DNA of 64,000 bases from positions 1,442 through 65,441 of the forward strand of contig SLNR01000060.1 in the NCBI GenBank assembly GCA_007132905.1, written 5' to 3'. Below are positions 31,689-40,071 of this stretch, piece after piece. This stretch comes from Candidatus Sumerlaeota bacterium. Lineage in GTDB: Bacteria > Bacillota > SLNR01. The notes below the pieces were generated by a model. That model did no database searches. It was given only the letters and a program-made list of their open reading frames with translations, and had not been told where the DNA came from. Numbering within the stretch: position 1 is the stretch's first letter; every line of letters begins with the position of its first letter. A program made the position numbers and the translations under genes.

Positions 31689-32177
31689 ATGCGTTTTGGG
31701 ATCATGAGTGATTCTCATGGTGATATGAAGCAGGTGGAGAAAGCCGTTGAGGATATGGGACAGGTTGATTATATCTTGCATGCGGGGGATCATTATCGAG
31801 ATGCGTTAGCGCTGCAGGAAAAAATCCAAACAAAAGTTGTTGGTGTCGGCGGGAATTGTGATTTAATGATGCAGACACCAAAACAGCATATTGGTAAGTA
31901 CGGAGGTAAAAAACTCCTGCTCATACACGGGCACCAGTATGGTGTAAAAAGAGGACTTCAGTCGCTGGTGGCTCATGCCAAACAGAGAAGAATTGATATG
32001 GTAGTTTTCGGGCACACTCATATTCCGACGGTAGAAGAAATGGATAAAGTGCTTCTCTTCAACCCAGGCAGCGTCGCTTTTCCACGTTATAGAGGAAAAC
32101 CAACCTACGGAATTATTGACATTGATGAGGAGGGAATAATTCCTAAAATTGTGTCTTTGCCCAACAATGTTGGGTAA
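31689..32177 (+). CDS. YfcE/MJ0936-type metallophosphoesterase
   Basis: SDSHG, GD, GNCD, HGH and GHTH motifs in order. Confidence 0.85.
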   Translation: MRFGIMSDSHGDMKQVEKAVEDMGQVDYILHAGDHYRDALALQEKIQTKVVGVGGNCDLMMQTPKQHIGKYGGKKLLLIHGHQYGVKRGLQSLVAHAKQRRIDMVVFGHTHIPTVEEMDKVLLFNPGSVAFPRYRGKPTYGIIDIDEEGIIPKIVSLPNNVG

Positions 32178-32351
32178 TAACTTGTTTTTGGAAAAGATAT
32201 AAATCTGGTTTGAATATAATCAATATGGGCTGAAGAATATCACTAGGGGTATTACCTAACAGATCAGTTTTAAGAATATTTTTAAAAAAAGATCGCAGAC
32301 AAAAACGGTCAAACGGCAGACTGCAGATAGAATGAATTTTTTCAGACTTTC

Positions 32352-32380
32352 TTGACAAATACAAAGGCATATGAGATACT
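32352..32380 (+). promoter_or_regulatory. candidate upstream promoter of the tRNA cluster (TTGACA, 17 nt spacer, TGaGATACT)
   Basis: Hexamers read at 32352-32357 and 32375-32380. Confidence 0.4.
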
Positions 32381-32457
32381 AAATACCGCGGTAAACGCTG
32401 TTCCTTAAAAGTTGGCATTTGCCTTAGCGAAAAAGAGTTTCTCGCCAAGTGATAAGT

Positions 32458-32487
32458 TTGACTTTACCTCGATATTTGTGATATATT
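32458..32487 (+). promoter_or_regulatory. proximal tRNA-cluster promoter (TTGACT, 18 nt spacer, TGaTATATT)
   Basis: -35 at 32458-32463 and extended -10 at 32479-32487, about 20 nt ahead of tRNA-Pro. Confidence 0.55.
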
Positions 32488-32508
32488 AGGAGTTGTCTGT
32501 GGAAAAAG

Positions 32509-32585
32509 CGGGGTGTAGCTCAGTTTGGTAGAGCACTTGGCTTGGGACCAAGGGGTCGTGGGTTCAAATCCCTCCGCTCCGACCA
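32509..32585 (+). tRNA. tRNA-Pro (UGG)
   Basis: Hand-folded cloverleaf. Acceptor CGGGGTG/CGCTCCG, anticodon loop CTTGGGA, CCA encoded. One T-stem mismatch. Confidence 0.88.
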
Positions 32586-32610
32586 TTTTCTCTGCAGGCG
32601 AGCAGGTCAG

Positions 32611-32684
32611 GCGGGTGTAGCTCAGTGGTAGAGCGGGAGCCTTCCAAGCTTCATACGAGGGTTCGATTCCCTTCACCCGCTCCA
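32611..32684 (+). tRNA. tRNA-Gly (UCC)
   Basis: Acceptor GCGGGTG/CACCCGC, anticodon loop CTTCCAA, T-loop TTCGATT, CCA encoded. Confidence 0.92.
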
Positions 32685-32692
32685 TAATATTT

Positions 32693-32768
32693 GCGCCTGT
32701 AGCTCAGAGGATAGAGCAACGGACTTCTAATCCGTTGGCCGTAGGTTCGACTCCTACCAGGCGCGCCA
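32693..32768 (+). tRNA. tRNA-Arg (UCU)
   Basis: Acceptor GCGCCTG/CAGGCGC, anticodon loop CTTCTAA, CCA encoded. Confidence 0.92.
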
Positions 32769-32787
32769 ATTTTGATGAGATGTTTGT

Positions 32788-32864
32788 GGTGGGTGTAGCT
32801 CAGCGGTTAGAGCACTGGACTGTGGCTCCAGGTGCCGGGGGTTCGATTCCCCTCACTCACCCCA
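32788..32864 (+). tRNA. tRNA-His (GUG) with encoded G-1
   Basis: The extra 5' G opposite discriminator C, anticodon loop CTGTGGC, CCA encoded. Confidence 0.92.
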
Positions 32865-32892
32865 TGATAGTATTACAACAATACATGTTTTT

Positions 32893-32969
32893 GCGCCCGT
32901 AGCTCAGCTGGATAGAGTAACAGACTTCGAATCTGGGGGTCGCAGGTTCGAATCCTGCCGGGCGCGCCA
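32893..32969 (+). tRNA. tRNA-Arg (UCG)
   Basis: Acceptor GCGCCCG/CGGGCGC, anticodon loop CTTCGAA, CCA encoded. Confidence 0.88.
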
Positions 32970-32988
32970 GGATAATCAAGATATGTGT

Positions 32989-33062
32989 TGGGGCGTGGCC
33001 AAGCGGTAAGGCACGGGATTTTGGATCCTGTATCGTTGGTTCGAATCCAGCCGCCCCAGCCA
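32989..33062 (+). tRNA. tRNA-Gln (UUG)
   Basis: Acceptor TGGGGCG/CGCCCCA, anticodon loop TTTTGGA, CCA encoded. Confidence 0.9.
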
Positions 33063-33099
33063 TTTTTTGTTTTTTTGTGTTTTCACGATGAAGAGGAAT

Positions 33100-33184
33100 G
33101 CGAGGGTGGCGGAATTGGCAGACGCGCTAGACTTAGGATCTAGTGCCTTCGGGCGTAAGGGTTCAACTCCCTTCCCTCGCACCA
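33100..33184 (+). tRNA. tRNA-Leu (UAG)
   Basis: Class II tRNA with long variable arm TGCCTTCGGGCGT, anticodon loop CTTAGGA, CCA encoded. Confidence 0.92.
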
Positions 33185-33192
33185 AAACAGGT

Positions 33193-33267
33193 GCGGAAGT
33201 AGCTCAGTGGTAGAGCATCGCCTTGCCAAGGCGAGGGCCGCGAGTTCAAATCTCGTCTTCCGCTCCA
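33193..33267 (+). tRNA. tRNA-Gly (GCC)
   Basis: Acceptor GCGGAAG/CTTCCGC, anticodon loop TTGCCAA, CCA encoded. Confidence 0.92.
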
Positions 33268-33276
33268 AATAATGAA

Positions 33277-33301
33277 CTGGTAGCTATACCGGTTTTTTTT
33301 T
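33277..33301 (+). terminator. short hairpin plus T9 after the tRNA cluster
   Basis: CTGGTA/TACCGG 6-bp stem (one G-U), loop GCTA, then T9. Confidence 0.6.
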
Positions 33302-33335
33302 GCCATTTCTTCCCTTTTGAGTGTCGCTTTCTTAT

Positions 33336-33364
33336 TTGGTATGGTCAGCAAGCTGTGGTATAAT
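33336..33364 (+). promoter_or_regulatory. tig promoter (TTGGTA, 17 nt spacer, TGgTATAAT)
   Basis: Hexamers at 33336-33341 and 33359-33364 with an extended -10 TG. Confidence 0.6.
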
Positions 33365-33450
33365 GGATACGCGTGAAGATATGGAGAACGATTGGGAAAG
33401 AATATAGATAGGTATATTTTCAATTCAGATAGATTCTAAGGAGGAGAATT

Positions 33451-34758
33451 ATGAAAACTAATCTAGAAAAACTGGAAAATGACAAAGTCCAACTAGAAAT
33501 TACCATGGAAGAAGAAGAAACAGAAGAGGCGATTGATAAGGCTTCGCGGGAGCTAGCAAACAAAGTTAAAGTTCCCGGATTCAGAAAAGGAAAAGTGCCC
33601 CGCAATGTCATAGAGGCAAGGTTAGGGCAGGGCGCGATCATGGAAGAGGCCTTAGAAACACTCCTGCCTGAAGGGTATGGAAAAGCGATTGAAGAAAAGG
33701 GCATTGAACCTATTGACCAGCCGCAAATTGAAATCGTTCAAGCAGAACCTGAAAAGCCTTTGGTTTTCAAAGCAACAGTACAGTTGCGGCCTGAAGCCGA
33801 GTTAGGCGAGTATAAGGGAGTAGAAGCGAAGATAGAGGATTATGAAGTAACAGATCAAGATGTGGACAACTCACTTGAAAAGCTGCGCGAGACACATTCT
33901 AAGATGATCAACATCGAGGGGCGGGCAGCCGAAAAAGGGGATCATATAGTCATTGATTTTGAAGGATTCATCGATGGACAGCCTTTTGAGGGCGGAAGCG
34001 CAGAAGGTTATTCATTGGAGTTGGGTTCAGAGTCTTTTATCCCCGGCTTTGAAGAGCAGCTGTTTGGGGTTAAGACCGGTCAGGAAAAAGAAGTCAAAGT
34101 TTCTTTCCCGGAGGATTATCATGTGGAAGAGCTGGCCGGGAAAGAAAGTACTTTTAAGGTGAGCGTAAAAGAGATTAAGAAAAAAATCCTTCCGGAATTG
34201 GACGATGATTTCGCCAAAACAGCCAGCGAGTTTGCCACGCTGCAGGAATTGCGTGAAGATACAAAGGAGAATCTAGAACAGACAGCAGTAGATGCGATTA
34301 AAAGAAATTTTGAGAACGAGGTGCTTTTGAAAGTAGTGGAAAATGCCGATGCAGAGGTACCCCAGGTTATGGTTGAAAAGCGAATGGAACAAATGATGGA
34401 GCGAACCGGTGAAGAATTGAAAAGACAAGGTATTTCAATGGAAGATTATCTAAAATATGTAAACAAAACAGAAGAAGAACTGAAAGAAGAGATGAAACCC
34501 AATGCAGAAAGAGAAGTGAAGACAGAACTGGTGTTAGAAGCAGTGGCAAAAGAAGAAGGCCTTGAGGCTTCAGAAGAGGACATCAACGAAGAGATCAATA
34601 AGATTGCTGAAGCCTATTCCCAAGAGCCGGATACAGTAAGAAGCACATTTGAGTCACAGGGAACGATTCCGATCATCGAAAAAAACATTCAGATGCGAAA
34701 AGCTATTTCCTTTTTAACTGAGCATGCCGAAGAAAAGAAAGAAGAGAAACAAGAGTAG
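33451..34758 (+). CDS. tig: trigger factor
   Basis: GFRKGKVP ribosome-binding signature, central FKBP-type domain (DF.G..DG..FEGG); 435 aa; upstream of clpP-clpX. Confidence 0.95.
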   Translation: MKTNLEKLENDKVQLEITMEEEETEEAIDKASRELANKVKVPGFRKGKVPRNVIEARLGQGAIMEEALETLLPEGYGKAIEEKGIEPIDQPQIEIVQAEPEKPLVFKATVQLRPEAELGEYKGVEAKIEDYEVTDQDVDNSLEKLRETHSKMINIEGRAAEKGDHIVIDFEGFIDGQPFEGGSAEGYSLELGSESFIPGFEEQLFGVKTGQEKEVKVSFPEDYHVEELAGKESTFKVSVKEIKKKILPELDDDFAKTASEFATLQELREDTKENLEQTAVDAIKRNFENEVLLKVVENADAEVPQVMVEKRMEQMMERTGEELKRQGISMEDYLKYVNKTEEELKEEMKPNAEREVKTELVLEAVAKEEGLEASEEDINEEINKIAEAYSQEPDTVRSTFESQGTIPIIEKNIQMRKAISFLTEHAEEKKEEKQE

Positions 34759-34805
34759 GAAATGGCTGGTTTGCTAGAATGAATCATTGAAAAGAGGTGA
34801 AAGCT

Positions 34806-35402
34806 GTGAATTTGGTGCCGATTGTCGTTGAACAAACAAGCCGAGGTGAAAGGGCCTATGATATTTATTCCCGGCTGCTTCGCGAACGAATCCTTTTTGT
34901 AGGAAGTACGATCGATGATAATATTGCCAGTTTAGTTATCGCTCAGCTTCTCTTTTTGGAAAGTGAAGATCCTGAGAAGGATATTAGCATTTACATTAAT
35001 TCCCCGGGAGGAATGGTGCACTCCGGGCTTGCGATTTACGATACGATTCAATACATTAAACCCTCTGTTTCTACCTTGTGTGTAGGACTTGCGGCTAGTA
35101 TGAGCGCGGTGCTGCTGGCAGCAGGCACAAAAGGAAAAAGATTTGCCCTTCCTCACAGCCGGGTGATGATCCACCAACCGATGGGCGGCATTCAAGGGCA
35201 GGCAGCTGATATAGAAATTCATGCCAAAGAGATTCTCAAAACAAGAGAAAGATTAAATGAAATACTATCTCTTCATACAGGCCAGCCGCTTGACACGATC
35301 AAGAGAGATACGGACCGAGATTTTTTCATGTCAGCATCGGAAGCGAAAGACTACGGGGTTATTGATGAGGTATTTGAGCCCCGCAAGGAAGTAGGCAAGT
35401 AA
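34806..35402 (+). CDS. clpP: ATP-dependent Clp protease proteolytic subunit
   Basis: [33 protein letters not shown] (Ser) and MIHQP (His). GTG 34806 fits the usual N-terminus. The track start 34797 overlaps the RBS. Confidence 0.95.
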   Translation: MNLVPIVVEQTSRGERAYDIYSRLLRERILFVGSTIDDNIASLVIAQLLFLESEDPEKDISIYINSPGGMVHSGLAIYDTIQYIKPSVSTLCVGLAASMSAVLLAAGTKGKRFALPHSRVMIHQPMGGIQGQAADIEIHAKEILKTRERLNEILSLHTGQPLDTIKRDTDRDFFMSASEAKDYGVIDEVFEPRKEVGK

Positions 35403-35424
35403 GCGAGCAAAAGAGGTGGTTTTA

Positions 35425-36693
35425 ATGAGTAAGTATGATGATGAGAAAGGGCAATTGAAATGCTCTTTTTGCGGGAAAAACCAAGAACAAGTTAAGAAGC
35501 TTGTGGCAGGGCCCAGTGTATATATTTGTGATGAGTGTATTGAGCTCTGCAATGAGATCATAGATGAAGAGCTCAATTTTGAAGAGGAGTTTACCGTCGA
35601 GGAGATCCTTAAGCCTTCAGAGATCAAGGAAATCCTGGATCAATATGTTGTCGGGCAGGAAAGGGCCAAGCGAACTCTTTCCGTGGCCGTCTATAATCAT
35701 TACAAGAGAGTGAACATCGATTCTAAAATGGATGATGTTGAACTTCAAAAAAGCAATATTGTGATGATGGGGCCGACCGGCTCGGGTAAAACACTGCTAG
35801 CTCAAACCCTAGCCCACATCCTCAATGTCCCTTTTGCTATTGCGGATGCGACTTCCCTTACAGAAGCGGGCTATGTCGGGGAGGATGTGGAAAATATTCT
35901 CCTGAAACTCATACAGGCATCTGATTATGATGTGGAAAGAGCGGAAAAAGGGATTATCTATATAGACGAAATAGATAAAATTACCCGAAAGTCAGAAAAC
36001 CCGTCCATCACTCGCGATGTTTCCGGAGAGGGCGTGCAGCAGGCGTTGCTGAAAATTTTGGAAGGAACGGTAGCCAGTGTTCCGCCCCAGGGAGGCAGAA
36101 AACATCCCCAACAGGAGTTCATTCAAATTGATACAACCAATATTCTCTTTATTTGCGGGGGTGCTTTTGAAGGCATACATAAGCTTATTCAGGCCCGCAT
36201 CGGCAAAAAAGGAATGGGATTTGGCGCCGATATCAAAGATGAGGAGAGGAAAGAAAGCAGCGCTTTATTAAAGCATGCTCTGCCGGAAGATCTCCTTCAT
36301 TATGGGCTGATCCCGGAATTTGTAGGACGGGTTCCGATTATTGTAACATTGGATTCACTAGACCAAAAATCTTTGGTAAAAATTCTCACCGAACCAAAGA
36401 ATGCGCTGGTTAAACAATACAAAAAAATATTTGAAATGGAAGATGTTGAGCTTGAATTTCTCGAAGAAACTTTGGAGGAAATTGCCAAAGAAGCCATGGT
36501 AAGAAATACAGGTGCCCGAGGACTGCGGGCCATCATGGAAGATGTTATGTTGGATGTGATGTTTGACATGCCTTCCCGCAAAGATATTTCGAGATGTGTA
36601 GTGACAAAAGAAGTCATTACGAATAAGCAGGAACCTCTTCTCATAACGACAGAGAAAAAGAAAAAGAAGAGGAAGAAAGAAGAGACAGCTTAA
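35425..36693 (+). CDS. clpX: ATP-dependent Clp protease ATP-binding subunit ClpX
   Basis: Zinc finger CSFCGK...CDEC, Walker [17 protein letters not shown]. Unusual Lys-rich C-terminal tail. Confidence 0.96.
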   Translation: MSKYDDEKGQLKCSFCGKNQEQVKKLVAGPSVYICDECIELCNEIIDEELNFEEEFTVEEILKPSEIKEILDQYVVGQERAKRTLSVAVYNHYKRVNIDSKMDDVELQKSNIVMMGPTGSGKTLLAQTLAHILNVPFAIADATSLTEAGYVGEDVENILLKLIQASDYDVERAEKGIIYIDEIDKITRKSENPSITRDVSGEGVQQALLKILEGTVASVPPQGGRKHPQQEFIQIDTTNILFICGGAFEGIHKLIQARIGKKGMGFGADIKDEERKESSALLKHALPEDLLHYGLIPEFVGRVPIIVTLDSLDQKSLVKILTEPKNALVKQYKKIFEMEDVELEFLEETLEEIAKEAMVRNTGARGLRAIMEDVMLDVMFDMPSRKDISRCVVTKEVITNKQEPLLITTEKKKKKRKKEETA

Positions 36694-36717
36694 CACGGTC
36701 CATGACCGTGTTTTTTT
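36694..36717 (+). terminator. intrinsic terminator after clpX
   Basis: CACGGTC, loop CAT, GACCGTG, then T7. Confidence 0.8.
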
Positions 36718-36801
36718 CTTGTCAGGGTAAAAGTTAACCGTGAGAGGATTTGCAGAGAATAAGTAGAATATTAGTTAAGATTAGTACAGGAGGTGTTTGG
36801 T

Positions 36802-39135
36802 TTGACTAGAGATAAGAACGATCCTGATGCGATCCGTGAACTTCCGCTACTCCCTTTACGGGGTGTTTTGGTTTTCCCTTATATGGTGATCCATCTTGAT
36901 GTAGGCAGAGAAAAATCAATCAAGGCTGTTGAAGAGGCAATGGCTCAAGAAGAATTGATTCTTCTTGTTTCCCAGCGTGACCCCAAGACAGACAATCCTT
37001 CAGTGGAGGACCTTTATTCAGTGGGGACGGTTGCAGAAGTGAAGCAGTTGATCAAGATTCCCGGCGGGGCTATTAAAGTTCTCGTCGAGGGAAAAGCCAG
37101 AGGAAAAATTGAAGAGATGTTTTCGAATGAAGAATTTACCCTAGCTCGTGTTCAAGAGATGGCGGATGAGGAAGAAAAGAATCCCGAGATTCGAGCTTTA
37201 ATGAGAAGTGTAATGAACCAATTCGAACAATACTCCAAATTGAGCAAAAAGGTTACTCCGGAAACGATGATGACTACCGCCTCGATTGAAGAGGGGGGCC
37301 GGCTGGCAGATATTATTGCTTCCAATTTGAGTTTGCGTGTTGAAGAAAAACAAGCATTGCTGGAAGCTTTCTCAGTAAAAGAACGTTTGGAGAAAATTCT
37401 GGCGATCATGACCGAAGAGAATGAAATATTGGATCTTGAGAAAAAACTAAATATCCGAGTCCGAAGACAAATGGAAAAAACCCAAAAAGAATACTACCTT
37501 CGCGAGCAAATGAAAGCCATTCAAAAGGAACTAGGCGAGAAAGATGACAGACAGGCAGAGACCGATGAGCTTCGCGAAAAAATGACAGAACTTGATTTGC
37601 CAAGTGAAGTAGAAGAAAAAATTGAAAAAGAGATCGAAAGACTTGACAAGATGCCTCCGATGGCGGCAGAAGCCGTTGTGGTTCGCAACTATATTGATTG
37701 GCTCTTATCGCTGCCTTGGACCTTTCAGACAAAAGACCGGTTAGATATTAATTTCGCTCAAGAAATCCTCGATGAAGATCATTATGGTCTTCATAAAGTG
37801 AAAGAAAGAATTTTGGAATTTTTGGCCGTTCGCTCTCTTTCAAAACAAATGAAAGGACCGATCCTCTGTTTGGTGGGGCCGCCGGGAGTCGGGAAAACAT
37901 CCCTTGCCAAATCGGTTGCCAGAGCCCTCGAGAGGAAGTTTGTAAGGATTTCTTTAGGTGGGGTTCGTGATGAGGCAGAAATACGCGGCCATAGGAGAAC
38001 ATATATTGGATCAATGCCCGGGAGAATTATTCAAGGTGTGAAGCAGGCGGGTTCCAAGAATCCAGTCTTTTTGATGGATGAAATCGATAAGCTAAGTTCG
38101 GATTTTAGAGGAGATCCGGCCTCAGCTCTTCTTGAAGTTCTTGACCCTGAGCAGAACAGCACTTTCAGCGATCATTACATTGAAATTGCGTATGATTTGT
38201 CTGAAGTCATGTTTATTACTACCGCCAATGTGCAGCACAGTATCCCAAGAGCACTGCTCGATCGTATGGAAGTGATTTACATTTCCGGTTATACAGAGGA
38301 AGAAAAAATGAACATCGGTGTGAAATTCCTTTTGCCAAAACAGCTTGAAGAAAATGGGCTTTCAAAAAGCCAAGTAAGCCTGAAGACAGAAGTTATGTAT
38401 AAAATAATTAGGGAATATACCAGAGAATCTGGAGTTCGAAATTTAGAAAGGGAGCTGGCAACGGTTTGTCGAAAAGCAGCTCGAAAAATTGTTCAAAATT
38501 CACAGACAAGAGTACGAATCACAGAAAAAAACTTGCCTTCTTATTTAGGAATCCCCCGCTACCGATACGGCACGGCAGAAAAAGAGCACGAAGTGGGAGT
38601 GGCTACCGGGGCAGCGTGGACGCAAACAGGTGGAGATTTGCTTTCCATTGAGGCCTCCTTGATGTCCGGCAGTGGGAAACTGACTTTGACGGGAAAATTG
38701 GGCGATGTCATGAAAGAGTCTGCTCAAGCCGGATTTAGTTACATCCGATCCAAAGCAAAAGAGTTCAAATTAAAAGAAGGTTTCCAGGAAAAGAACGATG
38801 TGCACATCCACATTCCGGAGGGTGCTATACCAAAAGACGGGCCTTCGGCAGGGATCACTATGGCAACTGCGATGATGTCGGCCTTTTCTAATCAAAAGAT
38901 CCGTAAAGATGTAGCTATGACCGGTGAGATTACTCTCAGGGGTAGAGTGCTGCCAGTAGGCGGGGTCAAGGAAAAAGTACTTGCCGCGCATCGGGGCGGC
39001 ATTAAAAAGATTATTCTACCTGTGGATAACAAGAAGGATATGGAAGATATTCCTAACAATGTGCAAAAGAGTATTGAATTTTACTTCGTTGAGCATATGG
39101 ACGAAGTGCTCGAGATAGCCATGGCCGATAAATAG
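36802..39135 (+). CDS. lon: ATP-dependent protease Lon
   Basis: Walker [10 protein letters not shown], catalytic PKDGPSAG (Ser) and LPVGGVKEK (Lys). TTG 36802 lies 8 nt after AGGAGG. GTG 36793 overlaps the RBS. Confidence 0.95.
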   Translation: MTRDKNDPDAIRELPLLPLRGVLVFPYMVIHLDVGREKSIKAVEEAMAQEELILLVSQRDPKTDNPSVEDLYSVGTVAEVKQLIKIPGGAIKVLVEGKARGKIEEMFSNEEFTLARVQEMADEEEKNPEIRALMRSVMNQFEQYSKLSKKVTPETMMTTASIEEGGRLADIIASNLSLRVEEKQALLEAFSVKERLEKILAIMTEENEILDLEKKLNIRVRRQMEKTQKEYYLREQMKAIQKELGEKDDRQAETDELREKMTELDLPSEVEEKIEKEIERLDKMPPMAAEAVVVRNYIDWLLSLPWTFQTKDRLDINFAQEILDEDHYGLHKVKERILEFLAVRSLSKQMKGPILCLVGPPGVGKTSLAKSVARALERKFVRISLGGVRDEAEIRGHRRTYIGSMPGRIIQGVKQAGSKNPVFLMDEIDKLSSDFRGDPASALLEVLDPEQNSTFSDHYIEIAYDLSEVMFITTANVQHSIPRALLDRMEVIYISGYTEEEKMNIGVKFLLPKQLEENGLSKSQVSLKTEVMYKIIREYTRESGVRNLERELATVCRKAARKIVQNSQTRVRITEKNLPSYLGIPRYRYGTAEKEHEVGVATGAAWTQTGGDLLSIEASLMSGSGKLTLTGKLGDVMKESAQAGFSYIRSKAKEFKLKEGFQEKNDVHIHIPEGAIPKDGPSAGITMATAMMSAFSNQKIRKDVAMTGEITLRGRVLPVGGVKEKVLAAHRGGIKKIILPVDNKKDMEDIPNNVQKSIEFYFVEHMDEVLEIAMADK

Positions 39136-39148
39136 GAAGGGGTTTTCA

Positions 39149-39748
39149 TTGAAGGTTCATAACGCTGAATTCATTTTAAGTGCAGTCAATGAGGCGCAGC
39201 TTCCTGCAGATGGACGCCCGGAGGTTGCGTTTGCGGGGCGGTCAAATGTGGGGAAATCTTCACTGATTAATACTTTGACTTCTCGCAAACATCTTGCTAA
39301 AACAAGCAATACCCCTGGTAAAACGCGGCAGTTGAATTGCTATTTGATCAACAATGAGTTCTATTTTATTGATCTGCCCGGATATGGGTATGCGAAAGTG
39401 TCCAAAGCAGAAAGAGAGCAATGGGGCCAATTTATTGAAGAGTATCTTTTGGAAAGAGAATCGCTTTTAGGAGTGATTCAGATTGTGGACAGCCGGCGTC
39501 CCCCAAGCCCTGATGATAAGACCATGTTCGAATGGTTTATGTATAACCAGATGCCTACCATTGTCGTGGCTTCAAAAGCAGACAAAATTCCCAAATCCAA
39601 ACGGGGCAAAAGTATCAAAGAGATAAGGCAAGCATTCATGATGGAAGCCCTTCAGCCTGTGGTTTTGTTTTCATCAGCAACAGGTGAGGGGAAGGAAGAA
39701 CTTTGGGGATACATTTCAGATATGGTGGTCTCTGAGCAGTCTGGGTAG
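39149..39748 (+). CDS. engB: ribosome-biogenesis GTPase EngB/YsxC
   Basis: GRSNVGKSSLIN (G1), DLPGYGY (G3), SKADK (G4); conserved position after lon. Confidence 0.92.
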   Translation: MKVHNAEFILSAVNEAQLPADGRPEVAFAGRSNVGKSSLINTLTSRKHLAKTSNTPGKTRQLNCYLINNEFYFIDLPGYGYAKVSKAEREQWGQFIEEYLLERESLLGVIQIVDSRRPPSPDDKTMFEWFMYNQMPTIVVASKADKIPKSKRGKSIKEIRQAFMMEALQPVVLFSSATGEGKEELWGYISDMVVSEQSG

Positions 39749-39776
39749 TTTTACCTGATTTTGGTCGGATGATTTC

Positions 39777-39806
39777 TTGACAGATGAAAGATGGGTTGTA
39801 TATAAT
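39777..39806 (+). promoter_or_regulatory. promoter of the valS leader (TTGACA, 18 nt spacer, TATAAT)
   Basis: Hexamers at 39777-39782 and 39801-39806. Confidence 0.6.
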
Positions 39807-39811
39807 ATACG

Positions 39812-40055
39812 GGTAAGTTACTCATATTTTTATGACAATGACCGGAAGAAGTACACGACTGCTTCGACAGAGAGGGGACCCTGGGCTGAAAGTCTCCAAA
39901 AGACGTGGAAGGTCGTTCGGGAGTTTCTCTGTGGAAATGAGTACACGGGGACGGTGAAGTCCGTTAGAGCTCAAGGGTCCCGGAATCCGGGGAACGAAGG
40001 TGGTACCGCGGAAAACCTCATTCCGTCCTTTGACGGTTTGAGGTTATTTTATTTC
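39812..40055 (+). promoter_or_regulatory. T-box leader (tRNA-Val sensing presumed) with terminator
   Basis: AGAGAGG stem-I element, conserved T-box core AAGGTGGTACCGCG at 39997-40010, and terminator AAACCTCA...TGAGGTT with a T-rich tail at 40013-40055. Directly upstream of valS. Confidence 0.85.
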
Positions 40056-40071
40056 CGAAGGAGGAATAAAT

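Noticed and set aside
32464-33423. Minus-strand ORFs 32464-32685, 32857-33063, 32976-33185 and 33163-33423.
   Set aside because: They are antisense to the eight well-folding + strand tRNAs. The open frames are a by-product of stop-free, GC-rich tRNA sequence.
36718-36792. CtsR box or CIRCE element upstream of lon or the clp genes.
   Set aside because: GTCAGGGTAAAAGTTAACC only loosely resembles the tandem GGTCAAA repeat of CtsR, and no TTAGCACTC/GAGTGCTAA inverted repeat is present. The evidence is not good enough to call.
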